Part shown: positions 14,536 to 22,830 of the stretch, piece by piece
How positions within the stretch are numbered: position 1 is the stretch's first letter
Layout of the letters: every line of letters begins with the position of its first letter
Assembly (NCBI GenBank): GCA_030612025.1
Contig: JAUWOR010000001.1
Span: 151,790-175,789 of the forward strand
Reading direction: 5' to 3'
DNA from: Dehalococcoidia bacterium
Lineage (GTDB): Bacteria; Chloroflexota; Dehalococcoidia; GIF9; AB-539-J10
Length of the DNA: 24,000 bases
The notes under the pieces: model-generated
The model's input: only the letters and a program-made list of their open reading frames with translations
Database searches by the model: none
Told to the model about the DNA's origin: nothing
Made by a program: the position numbers and the translations under genes

Positions 14536-14907
14536 TCATTTTCTTCCTTTCAGAGTTAGTATGCTAGTGGCGAGTATATTAGCAATCTCTGTGGCCTCTT
14601 TTAGAAGTTTATTAACGGTGTCTTTGTCACCTCTGTCGGAATCTCTGAGCAGTCCTAACCAGAACTTGCATTCATTTGCCGACTTCAGTGCATAAGCGAA
14701 GAAGTTGGTATAATCCTTCCTTGAAGAGGCTGCCTGAGCCTCGATTACATTAGCACCAATACTGGTAGTGCTTCGTAAAAGCTGGTCACTGATGATCCTC
14801 GAGGTTTGCTCCACTGACAGCTTATCCACAAATCCGATTACATCCAGTGCAAATTTATAGACACGTCTCTTGAATTCATTTTTAAATTTTGCCTTGTCAT
14901 TTTGCAT
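14536..14907 (-). CDS. Four-helix-bundle protein (23S rRNA intervening-sequence protein / Avd-like family)
   Basis: 123 aa. ...YKFALDVIGFVDKL...QLLRSTTSIGANVIEAQAASSRKDYTNFFAYALKSANECKFWLGLL... is the family signature. Confidence 0.85.
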   Translation of the reverse strand: MQNDKAKFKNEFKRRVYKFALDVIGFVDKLSVEQTSRIISDQLLRSTTSIGANVIEAQAASSRKDYTNFFAYALKSANECKFWLGLLRDSDRGDKDTVNKLLKEATEIANILATSILTLKGRK

Positions 14908-14948
14908 TTTTACTTTTACATTTTTATTTCGTTTTGGGCATTTGATGT

Positions 14949-14960
14949 TGCTTAGGATTT
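14949..14960. repeat. Right 12-bp inverted repeat flanking the four-helix-bundle gene
   Basis: tgcttaggattt, partner of 14445-14456. It lies 10 nt from the stop of the GGDEF/HD-GYP gene. Confidence 0.7.
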
Positions 14961-14969
14961 CTAACTGTA

Positions 14970-17900
14970 TTACGGACTTGGTTGCTCACTGGATGGGTCT
15001 TGACCCACCTTCACCTTCTCAGGAAAGCCAGCTTCGACAAGGCCAATGAAAACCTCCACCAGCTGGGGGTCAAACTGCTTACCAGCGCCTTGCCTAAGCT
15101 GTTTTATCACTTTGTCATCGCAGAAGGCATCACGATAAGGGCGAGCAGAAGTCATGGCAGCGAAGGCGTCAGCTATAGCCAGAATGCGAGCATCCAAAGG
15201 AATAGTCTCGCCTTTAAGCCCCTCAGGATAGCCAGTGCCATCCCACCTCTCATGGTGGTATAAAATGGCAGGCAAACAAGAAACTAAACTAGGCACATTA
15301 CCAACAATGTTGGCCCCAAATTTGGGATGAGACTTAATTGCTTCCCAGTCCTCAGTAGTAAGCTTCCCCTTTTTGTTCAGTACCTTATCAGGAATACCAA
15401 TCTTACCAATATCATGAAGCAAAGCAGCCGTGCTTACTCTAGACACCTCGTCAGGTGACAAGCCGATCGCCTCAGCCAAAGCCACAGCATAAGTGTTAAC
15501 TTTCCTGGAATGACCATAAGTATAATGGTCTCTAGCATCCACTGCTGAGACCAAGGCATAGACAGCGCTTAAGCCACCTCCTCTGGCATTAGCCCCTGCC
15601 TCGATTGGTGGCTCAGACAAAATTTTAGCCGAGAGATAAGTTCGATTGCCGCCGGTGCGCTTGGCATAATAAAGAGCAGTATCACTTGCAGTGATCAACT
15701 CACCGGACATCACTCCATCAGAAGGATAGCTAGCCAAACCAATGCTGCAAGTTATGGCGACTTCCTTAGCTTTCATTTCGCTGGCAATCTGCTCCCGAAC
15801 TCTTTCAGCTACCACGTAAGCATCTTCGCTAATTGTCTGAGGCAAAATGACGATAAACTCATCACCACCATACCGGAAAGCCTGGTCAGCATTCCTGATA
15901 GAGCTCTTGATGATACTACCTATTTGGTCCAGAAGCTCATCGCCAGCAGGGTGTCCATATATATCGTTGTAGGTCTTAAAGCCATCGAGGTCGAGCATGA
16001 GCAAGGAGAATATATTACCGTAGCGGGAATGTCGGGCAATTTCTTCTTTAAGCCGCTCTTCAAAATGGCGACGGTTAAATAGCCCGGTGAGCTCATCAAT
16101 GCGAGCCCTCTGCTCCGCCCTAGCATAGAGCTGGGAGTTCTCAATGGGTGTAGCAATCTGCAAAGCCAAGTGCTCCAGAAGTCGTATTTGCTCGGTATTA
16201 TAGGCAGCAGCTCGGCGACTGGCCACAATCAAGCTGCCGATACCCCCACCCCGGACAACCAGGGGCAGGTAAACAATAGAGCGAACTCCCCGTCTCAGAT
16301 GATGCTCTCCAGTCCAGAATCTTTTATGTCGTGCCAGATTAGCTTCATATAAGCTCCTCTTCTCCTTAGCCACCCACTCAGTAGCTGTGCCCTCAAGTGG
16401 TATCCTCTCCCCTACTTTCCACGCTGAACCGATAGTGCTAGATAGAGCTAAGAAACGAAGCTCAACTCCTTCAATCAAAGCAATTGTGCCCCAGTCAACA
16501 TCAACTACCTCCTTTAGCGCTTGAGCAAAACCTTCAAATATCTCCTCGATGTTCATACTCGAGGTTATAATTGTAGTTAAACGATTGACGAGGGTTAATT
16601 CTTTGTCCTGCTGTTCCAATTGCTCATGGAGATATTCTTTTTCCATACTGGCGGCCACCTGGCCAGCAATGGACTCCATTAAATCAAGCTCTTCAAGGCG
16701 ATAAAGCTTTCCATTTCGCTTGTTGCCCACCGCCAAAATAGCCACAAGCTCACCCCTATTTATTAAAGGAACGAGCATTTGTACTTTTGCCGATTGAATA
16801 TCTTCTTTTTCCTCTTGCCACAAACCTTGAAATTCGGGGAGGATGCTGAGGTTCCTTTCAGGTAGTGTTTGAGCCTCCCGCTTCAGCCAGGCCACAATAG
16901 GGCTATCATGCCTCACTTTCAACTTCGCTACAGGATTATCTTCCACAGGAGGATAGCTAAATCGGGGAGCAAAATCTCCACTCTCAGTTTGGGGTAAAAG
17001 CAAACAGGCTCGGTGACAATCAATCGATTGAGAGAGTAAGGACACAAGCTGGCTGCCAAACTGTTCCAGAGTGGGAACACTGTGTATTTTGGCGATAAAG
17101 TCATGTAATCTGTGCCGGGGCTCAATTCTCTCACCGTAGAAGACTCGATCCACTCTCCCAAAAATTTTGTTACGCACCCGATACCAAAAAGGGGCTGCTA
17201 TAGCTCCTGTGCATAACATGGCAATAATAATAGTAGGAAAGCCGAGCTCAAAGCCAAACGCTTTTAGGAGCAAGAGAAGCCCGGCAAAAAAGGTAACTAC
17301 GAGTAAGGCAGCCATGCCGCTGAAACTCAACGCCTCACGGAGAACAACTCTGACATCGAGCAACTTATGCCTTACCACAGCATAGGTCAAGATACCAGCA
17401 TTGAGTAAATTGCCAACATGGGCAAAAGGATACCCCCTTCCAAAAGGAAAGAAAGTGCTCGAGGTAAAAGTAATCAAAATAGCAACACCCATGAATAAAT
17501 AAACAATTTGGTTGCGCTCTGCTGGGTCAGCTAAAACCCTGTGCCGGCGAGCTAAAGAATATATGTCTCTGCCACCCAAGGCGAAGATGCCGGAAACTAT
17601 GAGAATATACCAACTACCATACTGAACATTGATGCCGCTAGCAGTAATATCCATACCCTGTGGGATATAGCCCAGCGCTGCCAACACAATCATGCTTACT
17701 ACCAAAACGTAGGCCAAGGGTATTTTGATGTGCTGACGCCGATAAAAAGAACATAAAAAGTAATGATATTGAACCCCCATCCAGATGCCAAAGCAGATGC
17801 CAACTTTAGTCAGAAGGAGCCTATGCGGCACAAGAAAGCCGCTGCGGAAGAAAAAGCCGCTAAGGCTCCACAGCACGGCAGGAATCAGCAATAGAAGGAA

Positions 17901-18002
17901 AAACTTTTGTTTTCTACCCCAGGGGCGGTTGCTTAACAAAACGACAAACAGGGGGATATAAGCAATGGTGGCAATTAAAGGGATTAAAGCCTGAATATTC
18001 AT
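14970..18002 (-). CDS. Membrane-anchored c-di-GMP turnover protein: N-terminal 7TM sensor region, GAF domains, GGDEF diguanylate cyclase, HD-GYP phosphodiesterase
   Basis: 1010 aa. The first ~280 aa carry about 7-8 TM spans. The central region is GAF-like. The GGDEF domain has an intact active site (RYGGDEFIVIL) and an RxxD I-site (RNAD). The HD-GYP domain is intact (LLHDIGKIGIP..., YHHERWDGTGYPEGL). Confidence 0.9.
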   Translation of the reverse strand: MNIQALIPLIATIAYIPLFVVLLSNRPWGRKQKFFLLLLIPAVLWSLSGFFFRSGFLVPHRLLLTKVGICFGIWMGVQYHYFLCSFYRRQHIKIPLAYVLVVSMIVLAALGYIPQGMDITASGINVQYGSWYILIVSGIFALGGRDIYSLARRHRVLADPAERNQIVYLFMGVAILITFTSSTFFPFGRGYPFAHVGNLLNAGILTYAVVRHKLLDVRVVLREALSFSGMAALLVVTFFAGLLLLLKAFGFELGFPTIIIAMLCTGAIAAPFWYRVRNKIFGRVDRVFYGERIEPRHRLHDFIAKIHSVPTLEQFGSQLVSLLSQSIDCHRACLLLPQTESGDFAPRFSYPPVEDNPVAKLKVRHDSPIVAWLKREAQTLPERNLSILPEFQGLWQEEKEDIQSAKVQMLVPLINRGELVAILAVGNKRNGKLYRLEELDLMESIAGQVAASMEKEYLHEQLEQQDKELTLVNRLTTIITSSMNIEEIFEGFAQALKEVVDVDWGTIALIEGVELRFLALSSTIGSAWKVGERIPLEGTATEWVAKEKRSLYEANLARHKRFWTGEHHLRRGVRSIVYLPLVVRGGGIGSLIVASRRAAAYNTEQIRLLEHLALQIATPIENSQLYARAEQRARIDELTGLFNRRHFEERLKEEIARHSRYGNIFSLLMLDLDGFKTYNDIYGHPAGDELLDQIGSIIKSSIRNADQAFRYGGDEFIVILPQTISEDAYVVAERVREQIASEMKAKEVAITCSIGLASYPSDGVMSGELITASDTALYYAKRTGGNRTYLSAKILSEPPIEAGANARGGGLSAVYALVSAVDARDHYTYGHSRKVNTYAVALAEAIGLSPDEVSRVSTAALLHDIGKIGIPDKVLNKKGKLTTEDWEAIKSHPKFGANIVGNVPSLVSCLPAILYHHERWDGTGYPEGLKGETIPLDARILAIADAFAAMTSARPYRDAFCDDKVIKQLRQGAGKQFDPQLVEVFIGLVEAGFPEKVKVGQDPSSEQPSP

Positions 18003-18013
18003 AATGTGAGGCT

Positions 18014-18042
18014 ATTATTGACATAAATGTGGAAGCTGTCAA
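18014..18042 (-). promoter_or_regulatory. Near-consensus sigma70-type promoter giving a leaderless or near-leaderless transcript of the GGDEF/HD-GYP gene
   Basis: The minus strand reads TTGACA (18042-18037), a 17-nt spacer, AATAAT (18019-18014), then 11 nt to the ATG at 18002. No SD lies between. Confidence 0.4.
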
Positions 18043-18070
18043 GGGAGACTAAAGTAATACAAAAAGATTC

Positions 18071-18163
18071 GTAGCGCAGGGGCTTGTCCCCGCATGTTCC
18101 TCGCCAAATAAGGGGCGGACAAGGGCCTTCCCCATAATGGCCGAGGACAAGCCGCGGCACTAC
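18071..18163. repeat. GTAG...CTAC long hairpin element
   Basis: Runs from gtagcgcaggGGCTTGTCC to GGACAAGCCgcggcactac, with a 9-bp perfect pairing between 18081-18089 and 18146-18154. The tail is atttgtac. Confidence 0.55.
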
Positions 18164-18179
18164 ATTTGTACATCACATT

Positions 18180-18240
18180 GTAGTGCGTGGCTTTAGCCTC
18201 GTGCCCGGTAACGATGCACGACCCTAAAGGGTCGTACTAC
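18180..18240 (-). repeat. GTAG...CTAC two-hairpin element, long variant, inverted orientation
   Basis: gtagtgcg-tggctttagcctcg-tgcccggtaacgatgcac-gaccctaaagggtc-gtactac is the reverse orientation of the 21787-21848 copy. It shares the same 14-nt inter-hairpin insert. Confidence 0.8.
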
Positions 18241-18284
18241 ATTTATGAGATTGCCATGCTTCGCTCGCAGTGACGAAAAGGAGA

Positions 18285-18316
18285 GGGGCGAGGCTTTAGC
18301 CTCGCCCCTACGATTG
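18285..18316. repeat. Single-hairpin module (ggggcgaggctttagcctcgcccc) with a tacgattg tail
   Basis: Perfect 11-bp stem. It shares the gaggct/agcctc arm with the GTAG elements and its tail with 12396-12406. It sits 20 nt downstream of the GH3-B stop. Confidence 0.6.
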
Positions 18317-18335
18317 TTTGGCTGCTAGGCTCAGT

Positions 18336-20006
18336 TCAGCGAGTAGCGGCTCGCTCGGCTTCAGTTACCGGCACAGCCTCCACTACAACCCTGGGAGCTC
18401 CAAGCAAGGAAAGCACTCTATCTGAAAGGTTAATATGCGGCGGCTTCAGGCTGCCCAAATCAGCACCCTCAGCCTGACGTTGAGAGATATAGCGAGCAAA
18501 AGCACCTTGAGGAAGAAAGGTAACCTCTATAGGCTTTAGGCCAAGCACAGTCTCCGGGTCACCGTAGACCCTGTATTGGTTATAGTGGTATACGCTATCC
18601 AGCTTTTGCAGTTCGCCATATACAGTTGCCGCTACAGCTTTTTCGCTGGCAATATAATTTTCCTTGAGTTCCAGATAGAGATGTAATATTGCCCCGTCTC
18701 CGATTGCTTCTTTACGGGCTGTCCAATCTTTATAAGGAATGCCGCTGTTTTCAATCGCTTCCCAAATCACTTTTTCTGTAAGACGCCCAAATCCGGAAAT
18801 ATCAATACGGTCATCAGCCCGGCTATAAAACAGCACCTGGGGGATATCAATGTTCAACTTCTCATTTCGCCGCGAAGTTATCCTTATTATATCGCCAATC
18901 CTATACCTGACAAAGGCCCCACCATGAAAATTAGTAAGAACTATCTCATAATTCTCACCCTCTTTTACTTCATCCAGTAAAATAGTTTTCGGCTGGTAAG
19001 AATGGTCTAATTGCCACTTGAAGCATTCCCCTTCAGGGATAAATTCAAAGAAGCTGAAAGTGGGGATAAAAGTCATGCCTTCGTAATCCCAGGTTTGTAT
19101 AGCACAATAGCCTCCTTCACAACTGGCATAATGCTCCAGAGGGCGTCTGCCCCATAACTCCTCCACTCTTTTCTTGAAAATTGTGGCATCACTGCCAGCG
19201 CATATTATCCCTCGCACTGCCCACAGGTCTTTGGGCAACAAAGAGCGACGAGCCAGCTTGCTCCTAACTAATCCTCTGGCTACTCGAAATAGTGCCCCGG
19301 GATGAGCTAACAAAAAACGGATGCTTATGTCTCCCGTTCCCCTCTTAATTTGCTCTCCCACATAGACTAATGCCGAGCCTAGGCCACCGAAACCATCAAG
19401 GCCACGGTATAGAGCTTCCTGGAAGCCAAGCTTTATGCACTGCTCAAAAGATAACTCTTCTCCCTGGGAAGGCAACAAGTCGCAGTTGATTGTTTCTTTT
19501 GTTAAGCAACCTAAAAAACCCGTCCCATACTCTGGAGCCCCTGTAGTATGCAACACCTTTAAGTGTTCCTTAAGCCTGGAGAGATCACCTTTACTCTTAC
19601 AGGTGGAAAAAATAATCTCGGCTACCAGCACCCTCTCTAATTCACGAACAAAACCCACCGAGAAGGGTATCCATTTAATATAGGATTTTTCCGACGTACC
19701 TGAAGTTCTCACCCATCTGGCAACCTTGGCTGGTAAGACGTCCTCCCTTCTTTCTATAAGTTCAGGGCAATAATCAGCATAGATGGTTAATGGCACCTGC
19801 TCTCGGAACTCCTCCACCGTGGTAGGCATGGCACCACGCATGACCTTCTTGCCGAGCTTACAATTTTTCAGCAGCTCAATCTGCTCCAAAAGCAACCTCT
19901 TCTGGATATTCATAAATCGCTCCAAGCTGACGTCAATAAAACCACAGCACGTCTGCCATAATTCTTCCTTTTCCCCCCGGCGTAATAACTCAATTGGCCT
20001 GGTCAT
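18336..20006 (-). CDS. GH3-family adenylate-forming enzyme (acyl acid-amido synthetase-like), paralogue B
   Basis: 556 aa. GH3/ANL motifs are WVRTSGTSEKSYIKWIP, YASCEGG and VRYRIGDIIRITS...IPQVLFYSRADD, plus a C-terminal LKPPHIN. SD aggaggtg. Confidence 0.85.
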   Translation of the reverse strand: MTRPIELLRRGEKEELWQTCCGFIDVSLERFMNIQKRLLLEQIELLKNCKLGKKVMRGAMPTTVEEFREQVPLTIYADYCPELIERREDVLPAKVARWVRTSGTSEKSYIKWIPFSVGFVRELERVLVAEIIFSTCKSKGDLSRLKEHLKVLHTTGAPEYGTGFLGCLTKETINCDLLPSQGEELSFEQCIKLGFQEALYRGLDGFGGLGSALVYVGEQIKRGTGDISIRFLLAHPGALFRVARGLVRSKLARRSLLPKDLWAVRGIICAGSDATIFKKRVEELWGRRPLEHYASCEGGYCAIQTWDYEGMTFIPTFSFFEFIPEGECFKWQLDHSYQPKTILLDEVKEGENYEIVLTNFHGGAFVRYRIGDIIRITSRRNEKLNIDIPQVLFYSRADDRIDISGFGRLTEKVIWEAIENSGIPYKDWTARKEAIGDGAILHLYLELKENYIASEKAVAATVYGELQKLDSVYHYNQYRVYGDPETVLGLKPIEVTFLPQGAFARYISQRQAEGADLGSLKPPHINLSDRVLSLLGAPRVVVEAVPVTEAERAATR

Positions 20007-20045
20007 AGCACACCTCCTATACCGTTTGCCATATTGCCATCCAGC

Positions 20046-21719
20046 TCAGCGAGCAGCGGCTCGCTCAGCTTCGGTTGTCGGCACAGCTTCCACCACAACC
20101 CTGGGAGCTCCGAGCAAGGAAAGCACTTTATCAGAGGGATTAATATGCGGCGGCTTCAGATGCCCTAAATCGGCTCCTTCAGCCTGCCGCTGGGAGATAT
20201 AGCTGGAAGAGGCACCTTGAGGAAGGAAAGTAACCTGTATCGGCTTTAGATCAAGCAGTTTTGCCGCCTCACCATAGGCAAACTTATAAAGATTGAAATT
20301 ATATATGCTATCTAATTTCTGAAACTCCTCGTACACCGCGGCTGTCACGGCTTGTTCGCTGGCGATGTAGTCATCTTTAAGCTCAAGATAGATGTGCAAT
20401 GCCGGCTTGTCACCAATTACTTCCTTACGGGCTACCCAATCGGCATAAGGAATGCCCGTGTTTTCAATCGCCTCCCAGATGAGTTTCTCAGTAATGTGGC
20501 CGAAGCCAAATATATCAATAAGTTCATCAGCTCGCCTCTCAAATACCATTTGGGGGATATCAATATTCAGCTTTTCATCTCGCAGTGAAGTTATCCTGAC
20601 CATATCACCGATTCTATATCTAACCAAGGCACCACCATGAAAATTGGTGATGACTATCTCATAATTCTCACCAGCTTTCACCTCTTCCAGCAAAACAGTC
20701 TTGGGTTGATATGAGCGGTCTAATTGCCACTTGAACCATTCCCTCTCTGGAACAAACTCATAAAAGTTAAGGCTGGGAACAAAAGTCATCCCTTCATAAT
20801 CCCAGGCCTGCATAGCACAAATACCGCCTTCTGTGCTGCTATAGATCTCGAGCGGAAATTTTCCCCAAAGTTCCTCCACCCTCTTCTTAAATACTCCTGC
20901 ATCTACGCCGCTACCCGCAATCCCTTTGATTGACCATAGGTCTTTGGGCAACATAGGACGACGAGCTAATTTGCTTTTGACTAATGCCTTTGTCACGCGG
21001 AACAGCGCCCTAGGATGAGACAACAGAGGGCGAATATTTGTCTTTCCTCTTTTCTGTTTGAACCGCTCCCCGATAGCGACTAGGACAGAGGGCAAGCCAC
21101 CGAAGACATCAATTCCTTGATACAACCCCTCCTCAAAGCCAGCTTTTATCCTCTGCTCAAAAGACATCTCTTCCCCTTTAGAAGGCAACAAATCACAACC
21201 TATAGCCTGTCGCACTAAGCAAGCCATTATACCTGATGCATACTCTGGAGGTCCCATGGTGAATAACATTCTTAAGTGCTCTTTAAGTCTGGAAGTATCA
21301 CCTCGACTGCTACAGATCCCAAGGAGAGCAAGCCCTCCGGCCACTTTTTCATATTCACGGGCAAAATCCTCCGACATAGGCACCCACTTAACATCATACT
21401 CTCCGGTCTTGCCCGAAGTACGCACCCAGTGAGCAACCTTGGCTGGCAAGACATCTTCCCTTTTCTCCACCAGCTCAGGGAGATAATCACCATAGGTGGT
21501 TAAAGGCACCTGCTCTCGAAATTCCTCCACAGTCTCGGGCATAGCCCCACGCATTACCTTCCGGCCCAACTCACAATTCTTTAATAGCTCAATTTGCTCC
21601 AGCAGCAATCGTTTCTGGATGTCCATAAACTGCTCCAAGCTGAGGTCAATAAAGCCGCAGCACATCTGCCATAGTTCCTCTTTTCTCCCCTGCCGCAGTA
21701 AATCAATCGGCCTAATCAT
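20046..21719 (-). CDS. GH3-family adenylate-forming enzyme, paralogue A
   Basis: 557 aa. Motifs are WVRTSGKTGEYDVKWVP, YSSTEGG and VRYRIGDMVRITS. SD aggaggtg. A 39-nt gap separates it from paralogue B. Confidence 0.85.
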   Translation of the reverse strand: MIRPIDLLRQGRKEELWQMCCGFIDLSLEQFMDIQKRLLLEQIELLKNCELGRKVMRGAMPETVEEFREQVPLTTYGDYLPELVEKREDVLPAKVAHWVRTSGKTGEYDVKWVPMSEDFAREYEKVAGGLALLGICSSRGDTSRLKEHLRMLFTMGPPEYASGIMACLVRQAIGCDLLPSKGEEMSFEQRIKAGFEEGLYQGIDVFGGLPSVLVAIGERFKQKRGKTNIRPLLSHPRALFRVTKALVKSKLARRPMLPKDLWSIKGIAGSGVDAGVFKKRVEELWGKFPLEIYSSTEGGICAMQAWDYEGMTFVPSLNFYEFVPEREWFKWQLDRSYQPKTVLLEEVKAGENYEIVITNFHGGALVRYRIGDMVRITSLRDEKLNIDIPQMVFERRADELIDIFGFGHITEKLIWEAIENTGIPYADWVARKEVIGDKPALHIYLELKDDYIASEQAVTAAVYEEFQKLDSIYNFNLYKFAYGEAAKLLDLKPIQVTFLPQGASSSYISQRQAEGADLGHLKPPHINPSDKVLSLLGAPRVVVEAVPTTEAERAAAR

Positions 21720-21786
21720 AGTTACACCTCCTACTAAATTTGAGGCTATTCATTTCATTCCTCTAAGACGCATCTGTTTTCCTAAC

Positions 21787-21848
21787 GTAGTGCGACCCTT
21801 CAGGGTCGTGCATCGCTAACCGGGCACGAGGCTAAAGCCTCGCACTAC
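21787..21848 (+). repeat. GTAG...CTAC two-hairpin element, long variant
   Basis: gtagtgcg-gacccttcagggtc-gtgca[tcgctaaccgggca]c-gaggctaaagcctc-gcactac, with tail gtttttgaacagcc. Confidence 0.8.
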
Positions 21849-21989
21849 GTTTTTGAACAGCCTCAATTATTAGCTTGAGGACACTATGACAGGGCTTAAT
21901 TTAATTGGGAAGTGATTATGTTCTAGAAGATAGTTCTATTTGAAGCTGTAAAAAGTATGACTGCGGGGAAAATGTGGGAAAGGTGTTTC

Positions 21990-22310
21990 TTAACCGCTCT
22001 TGCCTTTTTGGGAGCTGCCCAGAGCTTGTAACCTCTGGCTTAATTGCTCGAATTCCTTATCCTTAGGCTGCTTGCCTAGTTCCAGCCCATAGCTAATGAA
22101 GAACTCCAGGAAATTACGTAATAGCTCTTTCGTTCCTTCCTGAAACTGGCGAAACTCTTCTCTGCTTACCCCATCATGCCTCTTACTTTCTTCTTTCAAT
22201 TGGTTATCAATGAGAAAGTCAATGAACTCGGAACGACCCAGGTCACCACGATTGTCGTCTATCTTTTTCACCAGTTCAGCATCTACTATCAGCATTCTTT
22301 TTTCAGACAT
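21990..22310 (-). CDS. Small hypothetical protein with an RHH-like N-terminus
   Basis: 106 aa with SD gaggag 6 nt upstream. The N-terminal MLIVDAELVKKIDDNRGDLGRSEFIDFLI has a beta-strand/helix pattern like CopG/RHH. This is a weak, pattern-only assignment. Confidence 0.5.
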   Translation of the reverse strand: MSEKRMLIVDAELVKKIDDNRGDLGRSEFIDFLIDNQLKEESKRHDGVSREEFRQFQEGTKELLRNFLEFFISYGLELGKQPKDKEFEQLSQRLQALGSSQKGKSG

Positions 22311-22353
22311 ATAACGCTCCTCTCAAATCATGATACCCCCTACATTTTATTCA

Positions 22354-22445
22354 GGCTGTTTAATTTTGCCTCATCCGGATTCTCGTAGTGCGACCCTTTA
22401 GGGTCGTGCACGAGGCTAAAGCCTCGCACTACATTTTTAAACACC
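22354..22445 (+). repeat. Canonical (shortest) GTAG...CTAC two-hairpin element with arms
   Basis: ggctgtttaattttgcctcatccggattctc-GTAGTGCG-GACCCTttAGGGTC-gtgcac-GAGGCTaaAGCCTC-GCACTAC-atttttaaacacc. The outer 8-bp stem (22385-22392 with 22425-22432) is perfect. Confidence 0.85.
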
Positions 22446-22521
22446 TTCATGTTAAATAGGGGGTGACCTTTACAACCTTCTTGTTCTCAGGCACCCCCAC
22501 GATAACCGCAATGCTCAAGCC

Positions 22522-22797
22522 CTAAGCTCCATTGCCATCCCGGAACCCGAGCACTTCCATTATACTATCTATATTCCTAAGCAGCCCCAACCCCTTGTCG
22601 GTCACCCGGTAGGTAACTATTGGGTTACCCACCTCCACTTTATTAATAAACCCATGACTCAACAGAAAACCAAGATATTTCTGTATCTGGCTGTAGCTCA
22701 TATTGGCGCTATACATAATCTCCGTTTTGCCAGCACCATTTTCGCCTACCTTGAGCATATCAGCTATTATCTCGATGTTAGACCGACGCCGATTCAT
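22522..22797 (-). CDS. Winged-helix DNA-binding protein (archaeal-type HTH_45/DUF4364-like)
   Basis: MNRRRSNIEIIADMLKV...KTEIMYSANMSYSQIQKYLGFLLSHGFINKVE...YRVTDKGLGLL matches this wHTH family as I recall it. I prefer the ATG at 22797 (SD ggag 8 nt upstream) to the GTG at 22806. Confidence 0.7.
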   Translation of the reverse strand: MNRRRSNIEIIADMLKVGENGAGKTEIMYSANMSYSQIQKYLGFLLSHGFINKVEVGNPIVTYRVTDKGLGLLRNIDSIMEVLGFRDGNGA

Positions 22798-22830
22798 TGT
22801 CACCACTCCACTCCTATCACCTATAGGCTA

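Noticed and set aside
14536-14907. The Avd-like four-helix-bundle gene could mark a diversity-generating retroelement.
   Set aside because: No reverse transcriptase ORF and no template/variable repeat pair with adenine-specific differences is detectable in this window. Stand-alone members of this family are common.
19783-21819. Plus-strand ORFs 19783-20202 and 21496-21819 give similar peptides (M(V)(N/K)GTCSRNSSTV…).
   Set aside because: They are antisense shadows of the conserved 5' regions of the two GH3 paralogues. Their mutual similarity only reflects the paralogy of the real minus-strand genes.
22385-22432. The three-way-junction fold (outer stem plus two hairpins) looked superficially tRNA-like.
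   Set aside because: It is only 48 nt long. It has no T-loop (GTTCRA) or D-loop consensus, no anticodon arm and no acceptor/discriminator/CCA context. It is also a multi-copy element with indel variants.
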